The position numbers were made by a program, and so were the translations under genes. The notes beneath the pieces were generated by a model. The model was not told the origin of the DNA. It was given only the letters and a program-made list of their open reading frames with translations, and did not search any database. Shown in pieces: positions 19,401-28,613 of a DNA stretch of 64,000 nucleotides. Origin of the DNA: Thermoplasmata archaeon (GTDB taxonomy: Archaea > Thermoplasmatota > DTKX01 > DATEUP01). The stretch's first letter is position 1; each line of letters opens with the position of its first letter. Where the stretch lies: positions 1,392 to 65,391 of the forward strand of contig JBGQKI010000009.1 of the NCBI GenBank assembly GCA_041499475.1, in the 5' to 3' direction.

Positions 19401-20733
19401 CGCCGAAGCCGTAGAGGGCGCCGTCGAGGGCAGGGATGAAAATCATCTCGTTTGCGACCGCCGGTGGGGCGATTATTTCGGCGCCGAGGTTGTACGACCA
19501 AATCTGCCCACTGGAGGCAAGGAACACCGCCACCGTGCCGTCGCGCGCGGCGGCAACCACCCGCCCCGACACCGCGGCCGGCGATGATTCCATGGAAGCG
19601 TTGTTGCCGACCGGCACCTCGTGGAGGATCGCGCCACTAGCCGAAAGGTCGAGCCAGCGCAGGCGCGCGCTCGTTAGCGTGGGTCCGCCCGCCTGCTCGC
19701 CGGCCCCGGCTACATACATGATAGAGCCGTACACGGCCGGGGTAGCGACCATGCGGCCGACATCCGGGGAGGTCCAAAGAGGGGTCCCGTTCACCGCGTC
19801 GAAGGCCAAAACGAATCCCGAATCGACGTCGGCCACCAGGTACGTGAAGCCCGCGGTCGCGGCGTAGACCGCGCCCCCGGCGACGACGGGCGAGGCGAGT
19901 AGTTGCCCTTGCGTGACGGTCTGGTTCCACAACTCGCTGCCCGTCGTGGCGTTGAACGCCCACAGCCGCGGCGCAACATCCCAGCTCGGCGTGAGGAGGT
20001 TGTGGATGCCAGCCGATGCAGCGTAGAGGATTCCGTTCGATTCGGCTGGAGAGCCGATCACCTCCGAGGTAAGGTTGGCCGACCACGCGAGCGACCCGTT
20101 GGCCGCGTTTCGCGCGTAGAGCCAGTAGGAGTAGGAACCGTAGTAAACGAGCCCATTTGCCAGTGTGGGCGATGAATGGACGAAGGTGATGGGCCCGTTG
20201 ATCATCTGGGATTCGACGCTGCTCCAAATCTCGGTGCCGTTCGACGTCGAAAGGGCGAAGAAGTTGGGGGTGTCGTACGCGCCCTCTGCGCCGGCAAAGA
20301 GCATCCCGTTCCAAAGGAGCGGAGTGGAGAATATCCGGCCGGCCGCGCCGTACTCCCAAAGGCGCTCGCCGCTTGTGGCGTTGAGCGCCGTCATCGTTCG
20401 GCCCAGCCCGACGTAAACGACGCCCGCATCGTAGGCGGCGCCCCCCTCTGGCTTGTCCGTTGTGCTTGTTTGGTTTCGCCATACAACATGGCCGGCCGGC
20501 GGGAGCGTCGTAGCGCCCTCCCCGGTGTGCTCTGGGTTGGCATGGAACATGCGCCACGTGCCAAGGGGGAAGTCCGGGTTGGAAAGCGGCTGGGGCGCGA
20601 GGGGCGCCGGGCCCGCACCGACCGCGAAGGCCCCGATGGGAAGGGCCACGAGGAGCGCGACGAGCAACGCGCACGCTCGCAAGAATCGAAGGGGTCTCAC
20701 CAAGCCATCAATCCTGCGGCCCAGCCGCCGCAC
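16411..20733 (-). CDS. Large surface protein: two PQQ-like beta-propellers, CARDB/Ig, PKD domains, C-terminal TM anchor
   Basis: WRMFHANPEHTG start of propeller; repeated SSP...G.VY...LYA.NA.TG...W; YLWDFGDG PKD motifs twice; TM followed by RRRGR. Confidence 0.9.
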   Translation of the reverse strand: MRRLGRRIDGLVRPLRFLRACALLVALLVALPIGAFAVGAGPAPLAPQPLSNPDFPLGTWRMFHANPEHTGEGATTLPPAGHVVWRNQTSTTDKPEGGAAYDAGVVYVGLGRTMTALNATSGERLWEYGAAGRIFSTPLLWNGMLFAGAEGAYDTPNFFALSTSNGTEIWSSVESQMINGPITFVHSSPTLANGLVYYGSYSYWLYARNAANGSLAWSANLTSEVIGSPAESNGILYAASAGIHNLLTPSWDVAPRLWAFNATTGSELWNQTVTQGQLLASPVVAGGAVYAATAGFTYLVADVDSGFVLAFDAVNGTPLWTSPDVGRMVATPAVYGSIMYVAGAGEQAGGPTLTSARLRWLDLSASGAILHEVPVGNNASMESSPAAVSGRVVAAARDGTVAVFLASSGQIWSYNLGAEIIAPPAVANEMIFIPALDGALYGFGAQPDFSVSPPDIVLSDPTPHVDQPLKLRMTVKNVGDKKGSGVVSAEVNRSGTITPLGSWNVTDLDKFSQTTLESPVRFAVEGDTNITVRVTAVSPVDGNPANNNASASYTVLPKLDGWVARYGDARGSNFLETDTPQNNILLWKQDAYNVSGGGFVAYRDTLVFAEHSSNRVVAVPRARGNDTVLWNWAAPAAIVGSPTLANGLLVVATSDPADPAGNVTFIDPDSGTAVGSAGLGEKPTSSGVAYGDFVLFSANDRLVETSVADLSVRRTFPTVDVPPADQPALRTEPALVAGWAFVISSVGELHAFNLTSATEPAGWPVQLGGPTSVAPVAGASFLYVVNGANNVSAFPLSPLAPAPVWNATFSERITGALGVGYGRVFVPTATNVTALVAGSGVLVWNHSFPVPQPGNAVRAVGNSTLYTGSERLFAISASTGEADWEYEPGAFGQIQSSAALLGGTLHLQTSTGAILTFGLIPGRPPITCIGSPLPRTYRTREAVIFSAACTFDPDNETLAYLWDFGDGNVSNLAEANHTYAFPGDFRVTLTVSDVRLSSSRSVDIHLIQNQAPALILGGDRVTPDVLQPNLDTTIWTFKVHYLDPDNDPPYWVNLTLTNETDGVKTLLPLTGGPYNFTSGADYYWRGTLSSGIHSYSFHASDGLDTADTIRSSPFSIFRIENRSEPPVSYRTMYVGQGGSQLRPVTGLISPPGLGPIDRFSITLPQNASLQQWIEIEFFYGIAVNPADYDESTIAIYWFDWDALSWVAETSVLDLNNHTVIANLSRVGLLAPRPEGLPPTFGVFGEPTVPPRAPIARISTTGQRTIYSPGEEIEFSAANSLEQNDGNQSNLTFLWDFGDGSPTADTVLANHTYNRTGNFLVKLKVFNRFGQNSTAVLSLTIRTEATANTFLGIAISIVAALFAVFVLWPVFRRRGRSGVGDAVRRSDLPAGMERPTKGGKRTPAPPPKAKIAGPPSNDDEAQVVDELDSEFEKGLGGQGRT

Positions 20734-20832
20734 GGCAAGGGCTCAAAGCGCCCTACGAGCGGCAGACTGGGGGGCCGTCATAAAGGTTGCCGGACGAGCC
20801 TCGAAGTCGTGGGCCAGATGCCGTGGGCCGCT

Positions 20833-22380
20833 TCACGCCCAGTCGACAATCACCTGCCCCGACATGTCATCGGGGCGCGGCAGGCCGAGCAAGTGGAGGA
20901 GGGACGGGGAGACATCGGCAAGGATGCCGTCGGAAACCCGCAGCCTGCGGGTGGACACCGCAAGCAGCGGAACCGGATTGGAGGTGTGCGCGGTGTGCGG
21001 CTCGAGCTTGCCGTTGATCTCTTGGGCCATCTGTTCCGCGTTGCCGTGGTCGGCGGTGACGAGGAGCAGGCCGTCGCGCGCCAGGACCGCCGCAGCGATG
21101 CGGCCAAGCCCTTCGTCGACCGCGAGGACTCCCTTCTTTGTGGCCTCGAGCACCCCGGTGTGGCCCACCATGTCGAAGTTTGCAAAGTTCACGATGATGA
21201 GGCGGAACTTGCCCCCCTCGACGCCCGCCACGACCGCGTCGGCGATCCCCGGCGCAGACATCTCGGGCTTGAGGTCGTAGGTGGCGACCTTGGGCGAGGG
21301 GACGAGCAAGCGCTCCTCGTTCGGGAAGACGGTCTCGCGGCCTCCGTTGATGAAGTACGTGACATGCGCGTACTTCTCGGTCTCGGCGACGCGCAGTTGC
21401 TTTGCCCCGGAGGCCGCCACGACCGAGCCGAGGCTCTCCTTGACCTCGACCGGCTCGTAGAGCACCGAGACCGCTCGGTCAAAGGTGTCGTACCGCGCCA
21501 TCGTCGCGTACTGGCCGGGCGGCCCCGACCTGCGCTCGAACTTGGCAAAGGTCGTGTCGAGGAACGCGTGCGTTATCTGGCGCGCGCGGTCGGGCCGGAA
21601 ATTGAAGAAGAAGACGTTGTCGCCCTCCCTGATGAGCCCGCGGCGTGCCTCAAGCGCCCACGACATCGCGGTCGGCTCCACGAACTCGTCGCCTTCGTTG
21701 CGCGTGCGCGCCATCCTCACGGCTTCGGCCGCGTCGAGGGCGACATGCCCCGTGCCCTCCGTGAGGACCCGGTAGCCCTTTTCAGTTCGCTCCCACCGGT
21801 TGTCGCGGTCCATGACGAAGTAGCGGCCCTGCACGGTGGCGATCCGGCCGACCCCAAGCGAACGCGCGAACGCATCGAGGTCGTCGACGTACTTTTCCGC
21901 GGAGCGTGGAGGCACGTCGCGCCCGTCAAGGACCGCGTGCGTGGCGACATCGGAAAGGCCGGCGTTTTTGGCGGCCTCGAGCAGCGTTTTGAGGTGGTTG
22001 ATGTGCGCGTGGACGCCGCCGTCCGAAAGAAGGCCCAGGAAGTGCGTGGCCTTCCCCGAGGCTTTGGCGTTGGAAAGGAATTGGCCGAGCACCTGGTTCC
22101 TTGCGAATGCGCCCGTGCGGATGTCGCGGTTGATGAGCGTGAATATCTGCCACACGATCTTCCCAGCGCCGATATTGAGGTGGCCGATTTCGGAGTTGCC
22201 CATCTGCCCTTCCGGCAGGCCGACGGCCTCGCCCGATGCCTGAAGTTTGGCGTGCGGGTACGAGCGGAGCGCCGATTCGATGAACGGAGGGTGCGCCTCG
22301 GTTACCGCATTGTGCGGCGAAGGCGGCGCGATCCCCCAGCCGTCGACCACCACAAGGACGGCGAACGGCAAGGGTTCCAC
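20833..22380 (-). CDS. gpmI: 2,3-bisphosphoglycerate-independent phosphoglycerate mutase (bacterial type)
   Basis: DGWG, GLPEGQMGNSEIGH, DGRDV, DRDNRWER, ETEKYAHVT and DMVGHTG motifs. Confidence 0.97.
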   Translation of the reverse strand: MEPLPFAVLVVVDGWGIAPPSPHNAVTEAHPPFIESALRSYPHAKLQASGEAVGLPEGQMGNSEIGHLNIGAGKIVWQIFTLINRDIRTGAFARNQVLGQFLSNAKASGKATHFLGLLSDGGVHAHINHLKTLLEAAKNAGLSDVATHAVLDGRDVPPRSAEKYVDDLDAFARSLGVGRIATVQGRYFVMDRDNRWERTEKGYRVLTEGTGHVALDAAEAVRMARTRNEGDEFVEPTAMSWALEARRGLIREGDNVFFFNFRPDRARQITHAFLDTTFAKFERRSGPPGQYATMARYDTFDRAVSVLYEPVEVKESLGSVVAASGAKQLRVAETEKYAHVTYFINGGRETVFPNEERLLVPSPKVATYDLKPEMSAPGIADAVVAGVEGGKFRLIIVNFANFDMVGHTGVLEATKKGVLAVDEGLGRIAAAVLARDGLLLVTADHGNAEQMAQEINGKLEPHTAHTSNPVPLLAVSTRRLRVSDGILADVSPSLLHLLGLPRPDDMSGQVIVDWA

Positions 22381-22451
22381 GCCAAGACCGCCAGGGCGTG
22401 GCCAACCCGGGGGCGCGATAAAGCCTTTCGCGCGGCCCTGGAAAGCGGAAG

Positions 22452-22535
22452 TGCAGGGGGGAGGATTCGAACCTCCGTCGCTCTAAAGCACCGGATCTTA
22501 AGTCCGGCCCGTTAACCAGGCTCCGGCACCCCTGC
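22452..22535 (-). tRNA. tRNA-Leu (anticodon UAA), type II long variable arm, CCA not encoded
   Basis: GCAGGGG/CCCCTGC acceptor stem; CCGGA-CT TAA GA-TCCGG anticodon arm; GGAGG-TTCGAAT-CCTCC T arm. Confidence 0.96.
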
Positions 22536-22590
22536 ATGATGGTTGACGGATTTCGCGGCAAGCGCCGCTTCCAGTCAAGGCCGTAATAAC

Positions 22591-23346
22591 TCAAGGCGGA
22601 GGCTCGGGGTGCGCAGCAATCTGTCCACTTTTTTCGCCGCCCTGCGGCGCCTCACCCGAACGGGCGACGCGCCGGCACCACAGCACGGCGGCAAGGTAGC
22701 AGATAATCGTTAGGGCGACCGTCATCAACGGCACGGTCCGCGCGCCGACCGCCGGGTCGAGCCCCGCGGGCAGTTCGGGGTGCGTTCCAAGCACATAATC
22801 GGAGAAGTCGCCCAACGCGAACCAGGCAGCCGCGAGCGTCAGCCCCGGCAGGCTCGGCATGCGCATTCCCTTGAGCAGGATGCCGGCCTGGACAGCTTCG
22901 GCGCCGTGAAGGAAGAGGAGCGCCCACGACACCTGCGCGTTTGAGCCGGTGAAGAAGTCGTCCCAATAGAGCTTGAAAATGAGCAGGGTCCAGATCCCGT
23001 ACTTGACGAGCGAGACGAACGCGACGAGCTCGAGCGTCGGGCTGCGCCGCTTGTTTCGCCCCCACCAGAGCAGGAAGACAAGGATCATGAGGAAAGGGCC
23101 CGTCGGCGAATCGGGGACAAACGGCAGGAGGTACCACGCCGTCCTGCCGAACTGCCCCCAATAATAGTACAGCCCGTAGCCCACGCCACCGATGTTGGTG
23201 AGCGTGACCGCGATTGCCAGGTACCGGACCTCGCGGAAAGCGGAGAGGAAGTTCAGGGCGCGTTCGGGCAACGTGTCGCCGTGCAGAAACGATCCAAGGG
23301 ACCGGGACACCGCGCGCCTCCGCGCCGCATCCGCGAACTGCCTCAA
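22591..23346 (-). CDS. DUF1405 family membrane protein (start uncertain)
   Basis: YGLYYYWGQF...FVPDSP...LVKYGIW...HG..D Y..GTHP family motifs. Confidence 0.85.
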   Translation of the reverse strand: MRQFADAARRRAVSRSLGSFLHGDTLPERALNFLSAFREVRYLAIAVTLTNIGGVGYGLYYYWGQFGRTAWYLLPFVPDSPTGPFLMILVFLLWWGRNKRRSPTLELVAFVSLVKYGIWTLLIFKLYWDDFFTGSNAQVSWALLFLHGAEAVQAGILLKGMRMPSLPGLTLAAAWFALGDFSDYVLGTHPELPAGLDPAVGARTVPLMTVALTIICYLAAVLWCRRVARSGEAPQGGEKSGQIAAHPEPPP

Positions 23347-23522
23347 AACGCCTGCCCTTCAAGGCGGTTCATCGGTTTTCGCTCACCCCCCCCTTTGGGT
23401 TAACCCCCCACAAGTCGTTCGTCGGGTCGGGTGGTTGCCCGGCAAGGGCAACCCTCACGTCCCTTCAGCGTAGGGGGTTTGGCAGAAGGGTTAAGGGCGC
23501 TTGCAGTCCTTGCGCGACCCCT

Positions 23523-24512
23523 ATGCGCCTTGCGATCGTGGCCGCCCAGGACAAGGCATCGCGCAAGGTCGCTCAGGATGCTCTCAAGCTCCTCCACGAC
23601 CGGCACCGCGATGTGTCGGTTCGGCAGGACTTCGGGCTGCCCGCCCCCGATGTGCTCGTCGCCATCGGGGACAACCGCTTCCTCCTTGACACGCTGCGCG
23701 ATGTGCCCCCGCAGACCCCCGTCCTCACGGTCGGACAAGGTTTCCTTGCAGAGCTCCCCCCCGAGGGCCTTGCCGGCGCGTTGCCGAAGGTGGCCGCGGG
23801 CAAGATCGCCATCGAAGAGCGCCTCCGCATCCAGGTGACCCTCGACGGCCGCGCGCTTCCGCCGACCCTCAACGAGGCGGCCCTAACCTCCAGCCGCGGG
23901 GCGGGGTTCCTGCGCTACTCGCTTGAAGTCGATGGGGAAGGGGTCTGGCGCGACGCCGGAGACGGGGTCGTGATTTCGACGCCCACCGGGTCCACCGGCT
24001 ACGGCCTTTCGGCCGGCGGCCCCGTGGTCATGGAAAACGCCGAGGCGCTGCTCGTCGTGCCGATCTGCTCCGCGACAGGCCAGCGGCCTCTCGTCTTGCC
24101 GCGCTCCGCGCACCTCACGATCTCCGACGTCGAATCCCGCCTCGGCCGCGTGCTTGTGCTTGACGGGCGCAAGCGTTACCGGGTGCGGGAGGCCGGCTTC
24201 GAGGTCTCGATGGCCGCCGCCCCCGCGCGCTTCGTGCGGCTCGGCCGAACCCGCTACCTCCAAGTCTTCGGCAAACTGCACTCGAAGCGCCAGGGCGCCG
24301 AACTGCCGATGGACGCAGCTCCCTCGGCGAAGTTCATCTTCCGACTCCTTGCCGACCAAGGCCCGCTTTCGGAGCGTCAGTTGATCACCGAATCGGGCCT
24401 GCCGGAGCGGACCGTGCGCAGCGCGCTCACCTACCTCGTGAAGGGCGAACTGGTCCGGCGCGCCCCGAGCCTGCGCGACGCGCGCGAAGCGGTGTTCGCG
24501 CTCAAGCGTTGA
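23523..24512 (+). CDS. NAD kinase-like protein with C-terminal winged HTH
   Basis: LNEA, GDGVVISTPTGSTGYGLSAGGP; GGDG replaced by IGDN; C-terminal PSAKFIFRLL...LPERTVRSAL...RDARE wHTH. Confidence 0.85.
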   Translation: MRLAIVAAQDKASRKVAQDALKLLHDRHRDVSVRQDFGLPAPDVLVAIGDNRFLLDTLRDVPPQTPVLTVGQGFLAELPPEGLAGALPKVAAGKIAIEERLRIQVTLDGRALPPTLNEAALTSSRGAGFLRYSLEVDGEGVWRDAGDGVVISTPTGSTGYGLSAGGPVVMENAEALLVVPICSATGQRPLVLPRSAHLTISDVESRLGRVLVLDGRKRYRVREAGFEVSMAAAPARFVRLGRTRYLQVFGKLHSKRQGAELPMDAAPSAKFIFRLLADQGPLSERQLITESGLPERTVRSALTYLVKGELVRRAPSLRDAREAVFALKR

Positions 24513-24523
24513 GCCGGCCCCGC

Positions 24524-25993
24524 CTACTTCTGATCGCGTTTTCCGCCGGCGAGCGCGCCGCGCGCAAGCTCTTCCCCTCGGACAACCGCGCTGATCAGGT
24601 AGGATGACGCCAGCGCGAAGTGGCGGACCCCCGGGTAAAGCGCGTCGCCCGATACCTCCGCGCGCAGCGCGCGCAGGAGGTCCGACCGGTCGGCCTCGCC
24701 CACCTCGCGGACGGCCGAGAGCGGGCGCGCGGACGCGAGGATGACTGCCGCCGCAAGCAGGAACACGAACTCGAGGTGGCTGACCCGGAAGAGGCCGAGG
24801 TCGACCGATGTGGCGACAAACAGCCCTCCGATCGTCCCGCCCACGATGGGGCCCGTGCCGGTCGTGAGTGCGCGCACGAGGAGCGTGCCGGAAAGGAACG
24901 CGGGCGTGCTTGGCCCCCGGGCGAGTTTGAAGGCGAGGTTCCACGAGGTGAGGTCGGCGGCCGAGGTGCCGATGGAAAAAAGCACTTGGATCAGCACGAC
25001 GGCCGCCAGTTCCACGACGCCGCCGTCGGGGACGAACGGCGTGAGCAGAAGTCCCGCGGCAAACACCGGTACGGCCACGGCCATCACCGGCTTGTTCCCG
25101 TGCCGGTCGGAGAGGCGGCCCCACAGCAGGTAAAACACGACATTGGTCGCGGTGCCCACCACGAGCAGGGCGGTCACGATGAAGATCGGCATGCGGTGGT
25201 CGACGAGCAGGAAGATGGGGAAGAACGGCACCGCAAGCGTCGCCCCGAACCCCCAGAGGGCGAGCCATGTCAGCAGGTTTCGGAAATTGCGGTCGCGGAA
25301 CGGCGCGCCGAACGACTCGCGCAGCGGCACGGAAGTCGGGTCCTCGCGGGGAAGGTGGTGCGGCATGAGCGAAAGGAAAAGTGACGAGCCCAAACCGAAG
25401 AGCGTGGCCGTGATGTAGATAGCGCCAAACGCCGCGCGCTCGCCCTCGGCTCCGAGTACCGTCCGCTGGTGGTCGAGGAGAAAGCCCGCCCCCAAGAGCA
25501 CCGGCGCGGAGAGCCCGACTAGCAGGGCGCCACGCGTGCCGAAATAGCGCCCCAACCGGTTCTCGGGCACAAGGTCGCGCATCCACCAAAGCCAGGAACC
25601 GCCGGCCACCGATGTGAGGGCGCTCCACCCGAGCATCCCGGCGAAAATCCCCGCCGCTCGGTACTCCGGCGGAAAAACGAGGACTGCCGCGGCGATGACC
25701 AGGAGTGAAAGGCGCCCTGCGGTTGCAAACGCAATGGTGACCGACTTGCGATTCTGGAAACGGCGGTAAAGGATCGCCGCGGGCAGCTGGAGGAGCTGCG
25801 CGAGGAACGGCAGCGCGGCTAAGATCCCGTAGCTGAAGTCCGACATGCCGGCGAAGAGCGCGAGGGCGGCGAGGATGGCGCCGCTGCAGAGGGTAAACAT
25901 CGCGTTGGCGAAGATGCCGTCGACGATGCCAAACTTGAGGCCGCGCTCGGTCTCGGCCCACGTGAACGCAGAATCGGGCCGCTCCCCTTCCAT
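24524..25993 (-). CDS. MFS transporter
   Basis: About 12 TM segments; WGRLSDRHGNK motif A; DLVPENRLGRYFG. Confidence 0.9.
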   Translation of the reverse strand: MEGERPDSAFTWAETERGLKFGIVDGIFANAMFTLCSGAILAALALFAGMSDFSYGILAALPFLAQLLQLPAAILYRRFQNRKSVTIAFATAGRLSLLVIAAAVLVFPPEYRAAGIFAGMLGWSALTSVAGGSWLWWMRDLVPENRLGRYFGTRGALLVGLSAPVLLGAGFLLDHQRTVLGAEGERAAFGAIYITATLFGLGSSLFLSLMPHHLPREDPTSVPLRESFGAPFRDRNFRNLLTWLALWGFGATLAVPFFPIFLLVDHRMPIFIVTALLVVGTATNVVFYLLWGRLSDRHGNKPVMAVAVPVFAAGLLLTPFVPDGGVVELAAVVLIQVLFSIGTSAADLTSWNLAFKLARGPSTPAFLSGTLLVRALTTGTGPIVGGTIGGLFVATSVDLGLFRVSHLEFVFLLAAAVILASARPLSAVREVGEADRSDLLRALRAEVSGDALYPGVRHFALASSYLISAVVRGEELARGALAGGKRDQK

Positions 25994-26018
25994 CGCGCCT
26001 GGAGAAGGCGGCGCGCTG

Positions 26019-26591
26019 TCAAACGTTTCGCTCGCCGCTCTTGCGCCTCAGCGGGCGCGCGGGCACGCCGCCGACGAAACCTTCGACATCGCGGTTGACA
26101 AGCGACATCGCCGACACCACGGCGCCGGGCGCGACCTGCACGCCGGGCAGGATGAGCGAGTTGGCCCCGATGACCGCCCCCTTGCCGATGACGACGGGGC
26201 CGGTGCGGTATTCGCGCTGCAAGAACTCGTGGCAAAGCAGCGTGGTCCCGAATCCGATGATTGCTTCGTCTTCGATGGTGATGAGCTCCGGGAAGAAGAT
26301 GTCCACGGTGACCTCGAGCCCCACCGAAACATTTCGCCCGACCTTCATCCCCATGCGCCGGTAGAGCCAGTTCTTGAAGCCGAGCGACGGCGAGCCGCGC
26401 GCAAGGCGCATGAGGAGGTAATTGCGGGTGACGCGCAGGCGCGGCACCGCCTTGTACCAGTACCAGAGGGCGTTGTGCTCGCCCGCCGAGGGGCGCGTAG
26501 TGAGCCGCTCGTGCCGGCGCGCCGCCGTGGCCGAGACAAGCTCCGCCTCGCTCGGGGCGGGGGGCGGCCGCGCAATCGCCTCGCCGGTCAT
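26019..26591 (-). CDS. Hexapeptide-repeat acyltransferase (YvoF/LbH family)
   Basis: GMKVGRNVS, FPELITIED, VVIGKGAVIGANSLILPGV, VGGVPAR. Confidence 0.88.
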   Translation of the reverse strand: MTGEAIARPPPAPSEAELVSATAARRHERLTTRPSAGEHNALWYWYKAVPRLRVTRNYLLMRLARGSPSLGFKNWLYRRMGMKVGRNVSVGLEVTVDIFFPELITIEDEAIIGFGTTLLCHEFLQREYRTGPVVIGKGAVIGANSLILPGVQVAPGAVVSAMSLVNRDVEGFVGGVPARPLRRKSGERNV

Positions 26592-26923
26592 GCGCGCACG
26601 GCCTCCTGCGTCAAGCGCAGCGCCTCGCCAAACTCGCGCGGGTCGACTTCGAGTGCAAAGGAGCGCCCGCCGACCACTTCCACGACGGGCACCTCGAACC
26701 CGAACACCGCTTTCAGATCCGGCTCCCCGTCGATGTCGATCACCTGCAGCACCGATCCGTCGAGGTACTCGACGCGCCGCACGACGCTCGAAGGCCCGCA
26801 CGTGCACGGCGCAAAGGCGAGCCTCGGGGGCCCAAGGAGCCGCGCCAGCTCGCGCTCCACCATCGCAAGCGCGGCATCGCACAAGCCGCAGTTTTCCCGC
26901 ATGAAAAGACGGACATCGGGCAC
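26588..26923 (-). CDS. Glutaredoxin-like (DUF836) protein
   Basis: RENCGLCD; IDIDGEPDL..FGFEVPVV; GTG with GGAG SD; stop overlaps the next ATG. Confidence 0.75.
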   Translation of the reverse strand: MPDVRLFMRENCGLCDAALAMVERELARLLGPPRLAFAPCTCGPSSVVRRVEYLDGSVLQVIDIDGEPDLKAVFGFEVPVVEVVGGRSFALEVDPREFGEALRLTQEAVRA

Positions 26924-27052
26924 CGGCTCCTGCCAGGGCAACGCACGATTTCTAGGCTTCGCCGGCCCTGTTCGCACCAGCGCTCTTCAACCCATTTTCG
27001 GGCGTGATTCCCGCGCGTCTGGCCAAGGCCAAGCCAGCGCTTCGGCCAGCCG

Positions 27053-27066
27053 CAAACGCTTATTAA
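27053..27066 (+). promoter_or_regulatory. BRE/TATA promoter of rps3ae
   Basis: CAAACGC-TTATTAA upstream of an AAGGAGG SD and TTG start. Confidence 0.6.
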
Positions 27067-27123
27067 GGGCGACCCGGTTGTGCGGCTTCCCGCCTGTCTG
27101 GCAAAGGATAAAGGAGGCATCGC

Positions 27124-28071
27124 TTGGCTCAGGAAAAGCAGCAGCAAGCGAAACAAACAAGCAGAGCGGAAGCCCGCCGGACGAAGGACAAGTGGAAGTC
27201 GAAGAAGTGGTTCAACATCTACGCGCCCCCGAATTTTTCAAGCGCGCCGATCGGCGAGGGGCTCGCTGAGGAACCGGGCCTGCTCATGGGCCGCATCTCC
27301 GAAATCACCATGCAAGAGATCAACGGCGACTTCGCGCAGATGCATGTGAAACTGCGTTTCAGGATCAATGAGATCCGAGGTCAGGACGCACATACGGTGT
27401 TTGTGGGCCACGACCTCACCTCGGATTATGTCCGCCGCCAGACCCGGCGCAAGCACTCGAAGATGGATGTGTGCAAGGACCTTATCACGAAGGACGGCTG
27501 GTCGGTCGTCATCAAGCCGCTTGCCATTTCGGACCTGCGGATCAAGTCGTCCCAGCAAACCGCCATCCGCACGACGCTCGAGAACGCGATCGTGGAGATC
27601 GGCGCCGCCCACACGCTCGGCGAGATCACGAAGATGATCGTGAACGGCGAACTTTCGAAGGACCTCACGAACCGCGTGAAGACGATTTACCCCGTAAAGC
27701 GCATCGAGATCCGCCGCAGCGATGTGCTCGCCCGAGCGTTCGAGGTGCCCGAGGAGTTTGCCGACAAGGCCCCCGACGCGGCGATGCAAGGCGCCGCAAC
27801 AGCGCCCGCCCTGGCCGCGCCTGCCGCGGCCCCCGCGCCGCTGCCGCCCTCGCCTGCGGAATTCCCCGAAAAGGAAGCCGTGCTCGCCCGCCTGATGGGC
27901 ATCCCCGGGATCGGGCCCTCCAAGGCCCTCTCGATTTTTGACTCGGGGATCCACACGCTGAAGGGCCTTGAAGGCGCGGACATTTCGCGTTTAATGGAGG
28001 CCGACGGGATCACCGAGGCGATTGCCTCGAAAGTGATCGAGCACCTGCGAAAGAGCTCGGCAGCCGCGTGA
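27124..28071 (+). CDS. rps3ae: 30S ribosomal protein S3Ae (eS1) with C-terminal HhH extension
   Basis: KDKWKSKKWFNIYAP, GHDLTSDYVR, KTIYPVKRIEIRR; then A/P linker and IPGIGPSKA...DGITEAIA. Confidence 0.95.
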   Translation: MAQEKQQQAKQTSRAEARRTKDKWKSKKWFNIYAPPNFSSAPIGEGLAEEPGLLMGRISEITMQEINGDFAQMHVKLRFRINEIRGQDAHTVFVGHDLTSDYVRRQTRRKHSKMDVCKDLITKDGWSVVIKPLAISDLRIKSSQQTAIRTTLENAIVEIGAAHTLGEITKMIVNGELSKDLTNRVKTIYPVKRIEIRRSDVLARAFEVPEEFADKAPDAAMQGAATAPALAAPAAAPAPLPPSPAEFPEKEAVLARLMGIPGIGPSKALSIFDSGIHTLKGLEGADISRLMEADGITEAIASKVIEHLRKSSAAA

Positions 28072-28086
28072 ACCTCGCCGCGGCCT

Positions 28087-28500
28087 TCAAGGCCCTGCGG
28101 CCGCCTGTTCGGGAAACTTGTAGGCGAGCGCCCATGACACGGCGGCGAAAACCTCGGCGATCTTGAAAGGCTTAGTCACGAATCCAAGCGCACCGGCCGC
28201 CATCGCCTCTTCGCGGTGGGAGACATCCGAGGAAACGAAGACCACCTTGGCGTGCTCGTCAAGCGACTTAAGCGCGCGCGTCGCTTCGACCCCTGTCATC
28301 GAGGGCATCCGGTTGTCCATGAGCACGACCGGCTTGACCTCGAGCTTCACGTACGCCGCAAGGGCCTCGTCGGCCGACGCCACATGTTCGACCCTAAGGC
28401 CCTTCGTGCGCAGCATTTCTGTTACCATGTCGCGGTGAAAAAGTTGGTCGTCCACGACAAGGACATCGCACGGGGGCACCGTGAAGTCTTCAGACACCAT
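28087..28500 (-). CDS. Single-domain response regulator (CheY-like)
   Basis: VLVVDD, LMDNRMP, FVSS and TKPF motifs. Confidence 0.9.
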   Translation of the reverse strand: MVSEDFTVPPCDVLVVDDQLFHRDMVTEMLRTKGLRVEHVASADEALAAYVKLEVKPVVLMDNRMPSMTGVEATRALKSLDEHAKVVFVSSDVSHREEAMAAGALGFVTKPFKIAEVFAAVSWALAYKFPEQAAAGP

Positions 28501-28613
28501 CGCAACGGCCTTCCAACGCTGGGCCGCGGTAGAAAAGCGTATCCCCTGGTCTCTCGCCCCTGAGCAAGGCGCCCTCAGGGGGATGGTCGAGCACCCAGGC
28601 CCTTGCAAGGCCC

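Noticed and set aside
22380-22600. Integrated element at tRNA-Leu
   Set aside because: No integrase and no duplicated tRNA 3' end seen; the flanks are ordinary genes
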